DNA of 64,000 nt from Eutreptiella sp. 'Long Island Sound 2002' (lineage: Eukaryota > Protista > Euglenida): assembly GCA_964036045.1 (NCBI GenBank), contig OZ038378.1, positions 53,568,001-53,632,000 of the forward strand, given 5' to 3'. Positions 38,937 to 52,229 of the stretch are shown here, piece by piece (the first letter of the stretch is position 1; each line of letters starts with the position of its first letter). Under the pieces are notes generated by a model. The model was not told the DNA's origin, did no database searches, and saw only the letters and a list, made by a program, of their open reading frames with translations. The translations under genes and the position numbers were made by a program.

Positions 38937-40052
38937 CTAAACGGCCGTAGAATCAGAATCAGACGCAACGTCGTCGATCTCCTTTGTAGCCTCCGCCACA
39001 TCCATTTCAGTAAGAAATACAGTAGGCCACGCACGGACAGGTACAGGTACCACCGACGCAGCAGTGGTGGTGGACGTCTCGGATTTGCCATATATGGCAT
39101 CGCTCCACATGTCCGCCAAGGGCACACCTAGCCCCACATCAGTAGCTTGGACACCAACAGGCCACGGCAGGTCCAGTGCCCCAACCATTGCACGGTCAGA
39201 GCACCCCACATCGTACTCCAGAGCCGTGGCCAGCCGACGCCACCGCCCACACCAAACCAAATAGGCGACGATAAGGGAGTGGTGGAAGGCGGTGCCCCCC
39301 CCCCCCCCCCGACTGTAGGCTAGCCCACCAATGACCCGCGTACCGGGAGTCGCGGAGGAGGCCCGCGAAGATCTTCTGCATTGCCTCAACCCCTCCCCAA
39401 ACCAACGGCTGACCTTCCGGGATGCAACAAGCCTCGGTATAGGCCCTGAGGAAACGGACCCACGATTGTCCCCACCCGTAGAGCGGCCTTCCCACCTCTC
39501 GATGACCGCCCCCTTTGGACAGGACAAATACGACCACTGAGACACTCGCCAGTCGTGCTGGTGTGATGGACAGCGCCTCAGACACCTTGAGGAAAAGCAA
39601 CCAAGTGAGGCAAGCAAGGGCTGCCACAGTTTGCTCTTGTTGTGCCGACACTCTAGACCAGAGGAGAGAGAGTCCGCATGGTCCCTGGTACGGCTGCCCA
39701 GGCGTGGGCTTGCCCGACTTTGCAAGTCTCCAGTGGATAGCCCGCACACATTCCGGAAGCCGCCGGACATCCTCAGCAGCCCGAACGGCTGAGACGTACC
39801 CACGGAGAGTTGACCTGGCCTGTCGCATACTGACCCGCGACGCCAAGAACTCAGACGGCGCGTCAGTAAGCGACGACTGCAATGCCCTTGACCCTCATAG
39901 CCAGCCCATGTGGACAACGCGGATTGGTGGGTTTTGGGTGCCCATCCCCACACGCCTTTGGCTGCCACCCGATACAAGCCCACGGCCACCATCACCATGG
40001 CCCAGCAGGCCGCCACCGCCCTAAAGGTTGGCCATGGAGCATGGGAGGGCAC
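38937..40052 (-). pseudogene. Tyrosine recombinase with SAM-like N-terminus, frameshifted at a G-run
   Basis: WAPKTHQSALSTW, STLRGYVSAV, LFLKVSEAL (catalytic R appears as K, AAG), WASL..GG.TA and GRWRRLATALEY (Tyr at 39213-39215). Confidence 0.8.
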
Positions 40053-40945
40053 TGGCGCATAGGCCCCAGCGACCCGTTCCGAATCCGAACACCAACAGGG
40101 CCACTTCTACCCAGTCCGGCCGCAGAGGCTGCAGTCCCGTCACGAGCAGTGGGGGCATTGAAAATGCCACTGCCTCGATTCCTCTTCTGGGACATTCCAT
40201 TTGGTGCATGAGCTATGAATATAAAGTCTGAAGTGTGAAGTCTAATTTGGCATGTCGTGTCGCAAACCCACATTAGAGCACCTCCAAGGAAAGGTCTGAT
40301 AAAAGTGCAGCCCCCCCCCCCCCCAGACACAGACGAACTTTAGTTCAGCAAAATGGTGATAACACTGCAATACCCCCCCCCCCCCAAGAGACACACAGCA
40401 ACTTCACATCAGGAAAATGGTGACAAAAGTGCAGTACCCCCCCCCCCCCACAGACACACAGGAACTTCACTTCAAGAAAATGGTGGGTTGGGGAAAATAG
40501 GGGGGGTTGGAGTGGAAAATGTGGAAAAGGGAACTCGTGGAAAAAGGAACTCTAGGAAAAGTCCGATACAAGCCCCCCCCCCCCCCCCAAAAAAAAACAC
40601 ACAACCCTTCAGTTCAAGAAGATGATGGTTTGGGGACAATATGGGGTTTGAAAATGTGGAAAAGGCAATTGTGGGGAAAATGTTGCAAAAGTGCCCCCCC
40701 CCCCCCCCAAGACACCCAAACCTCTTGGAAAATGGGGGGTTGGGGAAGATGTGGGAAAGGGAAAACCAAGGGAAATGGGAAAACGTTGCCCTCTGCTCCT
40801 AGAGCACAACATCACACAGAAAATGAAAAATACAATTTATGCTGATGGTTGCTAATGTATGCATGGACCTGCAGAGAACATGGGTACCATGGGGATTGGC
40901 ACAGGAAGCATGCAAAAGCACAATACCACTGCAACCCCAACTGTG

Positions 40946-41941
40946 TCATTCATCAATGAGTCCATCCATGTCATCCACCGGCACCTGGGAACATGGTTGT
41001 GAGTTGCTGGGTGGTGCAGCATAACGGTTAACACGATCCGTTGGGGGGACCCAGTCAGAGTCCATTTGGGCTGGCAAAGGCAATGCCTGTTGCATAGCCA
41101 TGTCTCGGGCTTGTCGCCGGTTCATGCTATATGGCACCTTCACATCCATGGCACCCAAGTCATAGATGCGAGTGCGTGTCCAATCACGCAATGTGCCTGC
41201 CTTTGCGGCACATACCAGCTTGGCTTGTGCACGGGCCAAGGCACGCTTTGGGTCGGACTTCCGTGGTGCCACTGCTTCCTCTTCACTGTTATTTTCGGCA
41301 GCCTCGGCTGCATCATCCACAACCTGCACCATTGCCTCACCACACGGTCTTGGATGTTTGATAAAGCATGTGTGGCAAACCACAAATGTGTTGCACCATA
41401 TGCGCACAGACTGCCTGCACATTGCACAGTCCATGGCCCTTCGGAAAGTGAAGAAGTCATGGTTGCCACCAGCTGAGTAGGACTACCATCTGGTTCGACC
41501 ACCCACCGTGTCCTCAGACGGGGCTTGTCGGTCAGCCCGGTTGCGTGTTGGGCCTTGGCAAGCCAGTGGCACCTCCGACCCCCCAAAAGATGGCAAAATG
41601 TCACCATCGTCTGCCACTGCAGCCTCCCCCTCTAGGCAGTGCAGCATGGCCGCTTCCTCTGATGTACGTGGATCAGTGCGCTGCGAAACGCTATGCCGGA
41701 GACACACATGGAAGCGTGCTTTGGCTGCTAGCTTGCAGGCTACCTCGACACCCTGCCCCTTCACCCACTGCCGCAAAGGTGGCAGATTACAATGCAAAGC
41801 CATGCACATGCTAAGGACATGCGTGTCCTCCATATCATGCACACTGCTGGTGAACCTCCCAGGCAACGAAATGGGACGCTCGGCAGCAGCCTCAGCAGGG
41901 CAATATGTGCGCAGCAATGACAAAACACGCCAAACATTCAC
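40946..41941 (-). pseudogene. hAT transposase C-terminus (dimerisation motif) with Cys-rich extension and one in-frame TAG
   Basis: VWRVLSLLRTYCPAEAAAERPISL...MCMALHCNL resembles the hAT PxSSAxxERxFS...LxxN motif. ORFs 41483-41941 and 40946-41434 are in the same frame. Confidence 0.5.
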
Positions 41942-42044
41942 CCATTGCAGATGCTCCCGCTCCGGCTACTCCTGCGGCTCAGTAGCCCAAACTGGGTGGG
42001 AGATGAAAGTGTGGGTGTTGGGGCAGGCCCAACTCAAATGTCTG

Positions 42045-43102
42045 GGTCAGAGACGCGACGGCCTAAACCCAAAACGCACTTCCTCACCTCGAGGGGGAGG
42101 TTGAAAATAAAAGAGTGCCCTATGTGTAAGAGACGCTCGATGCAAACTTGCCGAAGAGCTGGAAGTTGGAACGTCTCGCCGAAGTCTGGGGTCGTTGCGG
42201 GGGGGCTTGCGCAGGGAGCAATAACCCAAATTGCGGCCTCTCCGGTGGGGGGGCGGACTGAGACGCTCGCCGCTTGAGCAATCAACCGTGCTGCGGGGTG
42301 GGGCATGGCCGCTATTGGGCGGGAGCCAGTGGGAGGAGTGAGGAACGGCGGTGCCAACTATACTAGGTTAGTGTCACCTGATCACTCGCTGGAGGGGGCA
42401 GTGGCCGACGAGGCAAAGGTTGTGGGGCCGGCTTCGAGATATAGCGGGGTTTTGGGGTAGCACACCGGATTTCAAGCACCACTGCTGCATGGTCCTCGTC
42501 CCTGCCGAGGAAATGCGAACGGCCAATCCGCATGCCCTCCTGCCACACCCGCATGGGGTTTTTCTTGGGCTGCTGAACCGCAAACCGGTGTATCGCTTGG
42601 CGGTTCTGCACCCCGTCTACAAAATACTGAACCCCACCCCCGTATGGCCCGTGAACAGTGGGTGTGGGGGGGGGGGGGGGTCCTTGGGTACGTACTTGGG
42701 GGGTTGTGGGGGGATGGCGGTGGCACGGCAGTGCACATCACGGCCTCCTCCACGGCTTCCAGGGCTACCTGGTATGGAGTTGAGTGGGGTCTGGGCAGAG
42801 GACTTGGAGAGTTTGTTGGTGCGCGGCTGGGTGGAGGGGGAGAGGGGGGCGGTGTCAGCAATGGAGGCTGGGGCGAGACCGATTCGCTGAGACACTTCTT
42901 AGCATCAGAGTCCCACGGTGGCGATGGGGGTTGGTCTCCAAACCACAGGACCTCCGGCACATCCCCCCAGCCGCATTCCGGGAAGGAAGGGCTAGAGGGG
43001 ACAGACGAGGCCAGGCTAAGGGGGCTAGACGACATGGCAATCTGAAAAGAGAGGGTCAGGGGTGCCGCGACGGTCTAGACCCCTGACTCACTTCCTCACC
43101 TC
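42045..43102 (-). mobile_element. ~1-kb segment flanked by ~50-bp direct repeats, with a possible RNase H-like remnant
   Basis: GGGTCAG..CGCGACGG.CTA.ACCC...CACTTCCTCACCTC occurs at ~42045 and ~43054. The minus strand carries a QYFVDG motif. Confidence 0.25.
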
Positions 43103-44789
43103 AATATGGTCAAAGGCCCCGAGGCCTAGACCATAGACAACCTAAACACGTCAAGGGTGTTCTGCATTGAACGGATAGCCAAAATGTTCAAACTTCAGGT
43201 TCAAAAAGGGGCGGGGGGGGGTGCAACATTTCATTTCCCTTTGTGTCAAGAGAGACATGCACAACAAAGGACAGATAAGCAACGAAGGGACATAGGTACA
43301 AGGAGAATGTGACGCATAGCAAAACCCCTTCTAAGATGTCTTGTTTTTGGAGCTTAAAGTTGGATACACCCTGTGGCAAGTGGTGTGGACCCCTCAAGGA
43401 CTCCTTGTGGGTGCCCATGGCATTGTGGGTCTGCCGCTCCGAGGCACGGAGAGGCTGCCGTTGAGCGTGGACCTGTCTCCCTGCTGATGGCATGGCACAC
43501 CGGCTGTTGTGGTGGCCCGGGCAGTTCTCAGTGCACAAAATGGTGCTGTTTTTCGAAGTCTGTGGCGACACGAAACACGGCCTAAGAAAAAGGTCCCTGC
43601 AAAGTTTTGTGGCACAACGCAAACCCAACATCGGCAGAGCAACCCCACAAGGTGCACAATTGAATAACATCATCACTGAAGGGCTTGCAAAGAGGACCAC
43701 AATGGGGAAAGGGTGGATACATGACACGTACATGTTGCGTACAGTCGCAAAAATCGTACCGATAGAATTGGGGTTGACAAATAGAAGGGTCATGGTAACT
43801 ACGCAAACATCAAACAAATGGTAGCCCACAGGGCACATGACATATGAGGAGGGGGGGCACGCTTTTCCATATGGTGATGCACAACGTAGGGGGAGGGGAG
43901 TGTTTTCCCTACTTTGTAGTATTTTCCGAATGCTTTTCCATACGAACTGGCAAAAGAGCACAAAGGGAGGCAAAGCATGTAAACATGGGAAGCACAGCAA
44001 AACAGAGCATGCGTAGGGGTGTGGTTTCTCTGTATATGGTCCTTGCGTGATCCTTTTCCATACTTCCTGCAAATAAACAACAAATTGTCGGCACATTTTG
44101 ATCGGATGCACAAACAAACATGTCAAAACCCCTTCAGTTGTTGTCAGCGTATTCATCACTGAAGGGGTATATGGTCGTAGGCGCCAGGGCCTCGCCCACA
44201 CACGACCAAAACACCTCGAGGATGTTTTGCATAATCAAATTGTGAGCACATTTTGATCGGATGCAAAAACAAACGTGTCAAAAGCCCTTCTCAGCTGTAG
44301 TTAGCATGTTCATCACTGAAGGGGTATATGGTCGTAGGCGCCAAGGCCTAGACCACAAACAACCAAAACATCTCCAGGGTGTTCTGCATAATCAAATTGA
44401 AACAACAGTAGAAACGTTTAGACTGCAGCTACTGAGAGGGGGGGGGGGTTCCATTTCCCAGCTTTCCCCATTCTTGCCAGTATGCCCTCACGGTCTTAGA
44501 CTACAGGTACTGAGAGAAGGGGGGGGGGGGTGTTCCATTTCCCAGCTTTCCCGGTTCTTGCCAGTATGCCCTCAATTTGCCGGTCTTCTTTGGTGGGTGA
44601 CAGTGGGAGAAGTATGATACTGCAAGGGGGGAGTTTTCCATGTCATAAGTTTCCCACTTTCCCAATTTCCATAACAAAGTGTGATATAAGGGGAGGGCAT
44701 GTAAACGTGCCAGGGAGCAAAAGTCAGCTCTCAAGGGGGGTGGGGAACCCAACATCGGGGGAGGGGGGGGTGGGGGGTTGAGGGTGATG

Positions 44790-45400
44790 GTCCATAAAAG
44801 TCTGAAGTCTGAAGTTTGAGAGCCCATTTGGTGATTATACCCAAAGCTGTGGCGCATCTTTGACAGTCAACTGATGGCCTGGCTGACAGTGTTATCCACC
44901 TCCCCTTCTTCGACATCCAATGAAGGACGCCCTGCCGCATGGCGAAGTCGATGCCCTTGTACTTGAAGAACGGATCGCCCCTCTGGACGGCCTTGGACCA
45001 GCTCAACGCATCCAGCGGGTTTACGGGGTCCCCTCAACTGCTGTCATCCGACACATAGCGCTTAGCGTACGCGTGCTGCGAGTCCACGATGATTCCCCAA
45101 GGCCTGTATGCTAAGCGGTGTCCTCTTGGACATTCCATCGCCTTGCCCATGACATCACACGGTTGAACTGGAGCAGCATTAGCCAAGGGCACATAGTCAC
45201 GCAGGGCTTCGCCCAATTGTCGCATCCAAGTTGCCACCCTGTCGCCTCCCAAGAATTGCTCCACGGCCGCTAGTTCAAGTCCGGTACAGCATTGCGTTCA
45301 ACGACCGCCAAGCCTCCCAAGCGTGCCTGCAGATGTCCAATAGCTTCCTATTGGGGCTGCAGAAAAGCTCTCATCTCATCCAAAGTCATCTAGGTGGTGA
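44790..45400 (-). pseudogene. Degenerate coding remnant, possibly transposase
   Basis: ORFs 45034-45264 and 44731-45006 are in frame across one TGA. The upstream frameshifted part reads LFCSPNRKLLDICRHAWEAWRSLNAMLY. Confidence 0.25.
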
Positions 45401-45589
45401 ATGGCACTGCCGAGCCCCTCCCAGAGCTTGATGGGTCTTGCTAGGCGACTTTAGATGATTAGTTTTTGCAAAAGGACGTAAATGCTTGCATGCGGTGTTA
45501 ACAACACCACAATACATTTTCAATAGGTCTGGGGACAACAGTAGATGTGATCCCCTGTTCAAGAAAGAAAACCGGGCAAGTAAAAGAAG

Positions 45590-48500
45590 GGTTTTTCACC
45601 TGTTTGGGTATTGGGTGCGGCATGGAGTGGGGGGTCTCCCAAAGGAATTGGTACACGACCTGATTGTGCACTCTTTCACCATGAGCAGCTTAAAAATCAA
45701 TGTTTCCAAAACTTACTTTTTTTTGACATTGTGATCCACTACAATGACCATCCAAGGTGTGTAAAGCATATTTTAGTCTACATTTATGGGGTTTCTACCC
45801 TATTTTGGGAGTTGCCGAAGGCAATAGAATTTCGATCTTGTCCACAACCCTTCTTTTCCCCCGAGGATGGGTTGGGGTTATCATTTGGTGCAAATCCAGA
45901 TGTTTGAGCACCCATGGGGACCCACGTAGTGGCCACTTGGCCCATCTAGCCCGAGTGTGGCCCCCCCAAAAGCACCAACATTGTTGTTTGTAGGTGGTTC
46001 AGTGGCATTTGGTGTGCGCTTTCTACCATCCACAATTTTCTGACCCCTACAGCTCAAAAATGAAAATTTTTCAAAAAGTCGGCTGGTAGAGGTTGTTAGA
46101 TCACAGCGAGGCACGCCGAAAATGGCAAGAACTTTCAACAACATCCAGAATTTCTCAAACATATTGTCAAATCAAGAGCCCAGAACTTCACAAATGGATT
46201 TTGCACCGTCAAAATAGGGGGTGTCCCCTCACCTCACAACACCTCAATCGCTTGCACACCTCCGCTAGTGGAAGGTTTTGGGGAAACCCCACATACCCCC
46301 CTGTTTTGCATTTTGGGCCTATTCACGTACCCTACCCCAAGGGGTTGAATCGTTGGTTTAAGCCCTCGTAAAATCGTTATTTTAGCAAAAAAACGCATCC
46401 CCTAATGAGTTTTTGGTCCGAAACCTCCTAAACACCGCCCCCCCTAGTTAAAACCCACTTTTTTGAGGGGGGGGGTGGGGGGGGGAGGGTCAAAATGTCT
46501 CAAAAATGACCCCCGTGGCATATTTTTTTGGTCGAAAATCATGAATCTATTGGTTTTTTGCAATTTTTGGGCCGGAAAGATGTGTGTGGGTCCCTGCTCC
46601 GTGGTGTTTGTATGGAGCAGATTGGGGCGAGCGCTATTTGAGTTTATGTAGTTGTTAGTCATTTTTGTTGCGTATTAATAACCCTATGGTACGCATTCCA
46701 AGGGGTGCAAGCAGAGATGTTGGGACAATATATGCCTACTAGGATACGTACGGACGTGTGTCACTGTGTCAACTATTGGCGTGGGCCCGTCAAATTGTAT
46801 GTCAAAATTGCGAATTAATTGCTTCCACCAATACTGACTTACATGAGTGAATGGCCTGGTAGACAACCTGCTGCTGCATTTTTGCACTGTGCGCAGCTTG
46901 AAAATCCATGTTTCCGAACCTTATTCTTTTGATATCGTGACTACAACAAGAGACCGTCCAAGGCATGTGGAGCATGTTTTTCATCCGTATTTGTGTGTTT
47001 TTCACTTGTTTGTGTATGGGGTGACGGATTGGAGTGGGGGTCCTCCCAAGGGAATCGGTACACAACCTCGTTGTGCACTCTTTGACCTTGGGCAACTTCA
47101 AAATTGATGTTTCCGAAACTTGTTTTTTGTTGACATTGTGATCAACCACAATGATCATCCATGGTGGGTAAAGCATATTTTCGTGTGTACTTGTGTGGTT
47201 TCTACCCTATTTTGGGTGTGTGTTGCTCGGGGTAGATTCTCTGCCGGGTGGACTTGCCGAATGCAATAGAATTCCGATTTCGTCTACAACCCTTTTTTTC
47301 CCCCAAGGATGGGTTGGGGTCACCATGTGGTGACAATCCAAATGTTCGAGTCCCCATGGGGACCAACGTAGTGGCCACTAAGCCCATATAGCCCGAGATG
47401 TGGGCCCCCAAAAGCTTCAAAATTGCCGAAGCTTCAAAATGGCTGTTTGTAGGTGTTTCAGTGGCAATTGGTGTGTGCTTTCCACCCTCCACAGCTTTCC
47501 ACCACCTATAGCTCAAAAATGGAAATCCGGAATTTCTCAAACATATTGCCAAACCAAGACTCAAGGGCTTTAGTAATGGAGTCTCCACCCTCAAAATAGG
47601 GGGGGTCCCCTCATCTCACAACACCTAAACCGCCCTCCCCCACACCGCTTGTGGACGATTTTGGGGGAAACGCCACATACGTATGTAGTTGTTAGTCATC
47701 ATTGCTAGATTTTAATGACCGTGTGGTACCAATTCTAAGGGGTGCAAGCACGGATGTTGGAACCATATATGCCTACTAGGAAATGAAACGACGTCTGTCA
47801 CTGTGTGTAGTATTGGCGTGGGTCCGTCAAATCGTGTGCCGAAGTTGTGCCATTAGTGCTTCCACCAATACTGACTTACATGAGTGAATGGCCTGGTACA
47901 CAAGCTGCTGGTGTAGCTTTTGACTGTGTGCGGCTTGAAAATCCATGTTTCTTATTCTTTTGATATCGTGACTGCACCAAAGGACCATCCAAGGCATGTA
48001 AAGCATGTTTTTTCAGCCGTATTTATGCATTTTTCACACGTTTGGGTGTTGGGTGCGGGATGGAGTGGGGGATCTGCCAGGGCAGTTGGTACACAACCTA
48101 ATTATGCCGTCTTCAAAATTGATGTTTCGGAAACTTGTTTTTTTTTTGGGACATTGTGATCAACCAAAATGACCATCCAAGGTGTGTGTAAAGCATAATT
48201 TGGTGTGTATTTATGTGGTTTCTACACTATTTTAGGGGTGTGTTGCTCGGGGTAGATTCTCTTCTAGGTGCACTTGCCGAAGGCAACAGAAATTCGATTT
48301 TGTCCACAACCGTGCTTTTCACCCAAAGACGGGTTGGGGTGATCATGTGATGACAATCAAGATGTTCGGGCACCCATGGGGACCCACGCAGTGGCCACAC
48401 GGCCCATCTAGCCCGAGATGTGGGCCCCCCATAAACAAGTTTAATTCAACATTGGTGGTTGTAGGTGGTTCAGTGGCATTTGCTCTGCGCTTTCCACCCT

Positions 48501-51235
48501 CCACAATTTTCCACCCTCTATAGCTCAAAATAGGAAATTGCTTAAAAAAATCGGCTGGCAAAAGTTGTTAGATCACAGCCGGGAACCCCGAAAATGGCCA
48601 AAATTTCAACAACATCCAGAACGTCAAAACATATTGTCAAAGGAATAACCAAGAGCATCAGAAATAGATTATCCACCCTGAAAATAGGGGGGGGGGTCTC
48701 AACACCTCACAACACCTCAATCGCTTGCCCCCACACCGCTAGAGGACGGTTTTGGGGGAAACGCCACATACCCCCCCATTTTAGGCTTTTTGGGGCCTAT
48801 TCACGCACCCCACCCCAAGGGGTTGAATCCTTGCTTTCAACCCTCGTAAAATGGTTATTTCAACAAAAAAAAATACATCCTCTGATGAGTTTCGGTCTGA
48901 AACCCCCTAGACACCCGCACACACATTTTTGAGGGGGGGTTGTGGAGGGGGGGTGGGGGGTGGGGGGGCTCAAAATGTCTCAAAAATGACCCCACCCCTT
49001 ATTTTGGTCGAAAATCATGAAGCTTTCGGTTTTTTTGGTTTTGAGCCGAAAAGGTATGTGTCGGTCCTTGCTCTGTGGGGTTTGTACGGAGCGGATGGGG
49101 ACGAGAGCTAATGGAGTTTATCTCGTTGTTAGTCATTCTTGCTAGGCGTTAATGACCCTATGGTACCCATTCTAAGGGGTGCAAGCAGGGATGTTGGTAC
49201 AATATATGCCTACTAGGATACGAAACGACGTTTGTCACAGTGTCAACTATTGGCGTGGGCCGGTCAAATCGTGTGCCGAAGTTGCGCCATTAGTGCTTCC
49301 AGCAATACTGACTTACATGAGTGAATGGCCTGGTACACAACCTGCTGGTGTAGCTTTTGACTGTGTGCGGCTTGAAAATCCATGTTTCCTAACCTTATTC
49401 TTTTGATATCATGGCTACACCAAACGACTGTCCAAAGCGCATGTTTTTCAGCCGTATTTATGTGTTTTTCACCTGTTTGGGTATTGGGTGCCGGATGGAG
49501 TCTACCAAAGGAATCGGTACACAACCTGATTGTGCACTCTTTTACCATGGGCAGCTTCAAAATCCATGTTTCCGAAACTTATTTTTTTTTGACATTGTGA
49601 TCAACTAAAATGACCATCCAAAGTGTGTAAAGCATATTTTAGTCTGTATTTATGTGGTTTCTACCCTATTTTGGGTATGTGTTTCTCGGGGTTGATTCTC
49701 TGCGAGGTGGACTTGCTAAAGGCAACAGAATTTCTATTTTGCCCACGACCCTTCTTTTCCTCAAAGGATTGGTTGCAGTGATCATTTGGTGACAATCAAG
49801 ATGTTTGAGCACCCATGGGTACCGGCGTAGTGGCGATTCAACCCATCTAGCCCGAGATGTGGGCCCCAAAAAAAATTCAACATTGCTCTTTGTAGGTGGT
49901 TCAGTGGCATTTGTTGTGCGCTTTCCACCCTCCACAATTTTCCACCCTCGACAGCTCAAAACTGGAGATTTTTCAAAAAATCAGTTGGCAAACGTTGTTA
50001 GATCATAGCCGGGAACCCCAAAATTGGCCAAAATTTCAATAAAATTTGGAATTTCTCAAAAATATTGTCAAACGAATAACCCAGAGTCTCAGAAGTGGCT
50101 TCTCCACCCTCAAAATAGGGGGGGGCCTCAACACCTCACAACACCTCAATCGCCTGCCCCCACACCGCTAGTGGACGGTTTTGGGGGGAAACGCCACATA
50201 CCCCCCCGTTTTGGGCTTTTTGGGGCCTATTCACGCACCCTACCCCAAGGGGTTGAATTGTTGTTTTAACCCCTCGTGAAAACGTTATTTTAGCCAAAAA
50301 AAGAGCATCCTCCAATGACAGAATGAGTTGTGGTCTGAAATCCCCTAGACACCCCCCCACACACTTGAAACCCACTTTTTTGAGGGGGGGTTTGGGGGGG
50401 GGGCCTAAAATGTCTCAAAAATGACCCCGCCCCATTTTTGCTTGGTCGAAAATCAAGAATCTTTCGGTTTTTTTTCGGTTTTGAGTTGGAAAGGTGTGTG
50501 TGGGTCCTTGCTCCGTGGGGTTTGTATGGAGCGGATTGGGACGAGAGCTAATGGAGTTTATGTGGTTGTTAGTCATTCGTGCTAGGTTTTAATGACCCTA
50601 TGGTACCCATTCTAAGGGGTGCAAGCAGGGATGTCGGTACAATATATGCCTACTAGGATACGAAACGACGTCTGTCACAGTGTCAACTATTGGCGTGGGC
50701 CCGTCAAATCGTGTGCCGAAGTCGCGCAATGAGTGCTTCCACCAATACTGACTTACATGAGTGAATGGCCTGGTACACAACCTGCTGGTGTAGCTTTTGA
50801 CTGTGTGCAGCTTGAAAATCCATGTTTCCGGACCTTATTCTTTTGATATCGTGAGCGCACCAAAAGACCATCCAAGGCATGTAAAGCATGTTTTTCACCC
50901 GTATTTGTGTGTTTTTCACTTGTTTGGGTATTGGGTGCCGGATGGAGTGGGGGATCTGCCAAAGGAATTGGTACACAACCTTATTATGCCGTCTTCAAAA
51001 TTGATGTTTCGGAAACTTGTTTTTTTTTTGGGACATTGTGATGAACCACAATGACCATCCAAAGTGTGTAAAGCATATTTTTAGTTTGTATTTATGTGGT
51101 TTCTACCCTATTTTGGGTGTGTGTTGCTCGGGGTAGATTCTTTGCAAGGTGGACTTGCCGAAGGCAATAGAATTCCGATTTTGTCCACAACCCTTCTTTT
51201 CCCCCAGGGATTGGTTGGGGTGATCATTTGGTGCG
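45590..51235. repeat. Tandem array of ~1.44-kb RepA units (about 4 copies, one with a ~400-bp deletion)
   Basis: The ATATGCCTACTAGG anchor occurs at ~46730, 47766, 49202 and 50642. The CTAC(C/A)CTATTTT anchor occurs at ~45796, 47201, 48222, 49661 and 51103. Confidence 0.9.
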
Positions 51236-51309
51236 GGTCAAAAATAAGAACCACCTTGGACACAAGCAAGACAAAAGCGGGGAACACTGAAGAGTTTTTT
51301 GTGCATCAG

Positions 51310-52098
51310 TTACTTGCGGAAATACGAAGTGATGGTAGCTTGGCGCTTTGCTGGTGGCAGGTTGCAGACAGGATCAGGTTCAGGCACTGCCTGAGCCCTT
51401 GCAGCTACCATTTGCTGAACATGCTGCTCCACCTCAGACATTGGAACAAAAGTGTAAGAGGGCAGAACCCGCAGCTTGATGTCAGATGGGTTAGCAGGGA
51501 GATAACCCATCTTTTTGAAGACCTGATGTCGGTTGGCATTGCCAGCACTGATGGTTAAGCTGTGGGCCTTGGCGACAATGCGTGTCACCAACACCCGTCT
51601 GTCTCTGGCTGACAACCCTTGCCCTTTCAGCTTAGGCTCTACCTCTGTGGTAAAAATATTAGCATAATTATCTTCGAACAGGAAGTTGAAATCTGTGTCC
51701 AGGTACTGCCCAACAGATGTTGTTGATTCCTTCAAACGGGCAAACAACGTCTTATCCGAGACATTGCATTTGGCTTTGGGGGTCCAATGTGGTTTGGCTG
51801 CATCCCCAACCAGCATGCGGGACACATCGCCGAGAAATCTATCCCACTCGACATAAATAAGAGACATCACATCTTCATCCACCACACCACTGGACTGGAA
51901 ATACACAGACACATCAGGGTGGTATAGGGGTTTTTCGTGTTTGAACACATTCCCTTCACCCTTGAAAATCACAATGGGCTTTGGCTGTTTTTCAATGGGA
52001 GTGCCGTCCACCTCCATATCTGAGTCCTCAGATGAGTCTGATTTTTCCACGTCAATGGAGTCCGCACACTGTGGGTGAAAGTCATCAAAAATGTCCAT
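51310..52098 (-). pseudogene. pogo/Tc5-like DDE_1 transposase, C-terminal part (5' deleted)
   Basis: KPIVIFKG, VYFQSSGVVD, RMLVGDAAKPHWT and VGQYLDTDFNF match DDE_1 motifs (PxxIFKG, FQxxAWxD, LxxDxxxxH, QPLD). The first catalytic Asp region is missing. Confidence 0.75.
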
Positions 52099-52130
52099 TT
52101 TTTCTGAAGGCAGGAGGAGGTGTCAAACGC

Positions 52131-52229
52131 AATAGGAACCGCCCCCAAAAATAAGAACCCCCCCTGCTACCGCCACCAACTGGGTCAAAAATAAGAACCG
52201 GTTCCTATTTTTGGGGCGGGGGTTTACTG
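52131..52229. repeat. pogo-like terminal inverted repeat plus subterminal AAAAATAAGAACC repeats
   Basis: The reverse complement of 52200-52229 is CAGTAAACCCCCGCCCCAAAAATAGGAACC. The same motif occurs at ~51240 and 54173-54240. Confidence 0.6.

Larger units (their letters stand above)
35815..40260 (-). mobile_element. Degenerate tyrosine-recombinase retrotransposon, gene order YR then RT then RNase H
   Basis: YR, RT and RNase H motifs occur in sequence on one strand (see sub-features). The termini are not resolved. Confidence 0.85.

Noticed and set aside
43188-44201. 337-aa minus-strand ORF
   Set aside because: Low-complexity, motif-free translation overlapping locally duplicated non-coding sequence.
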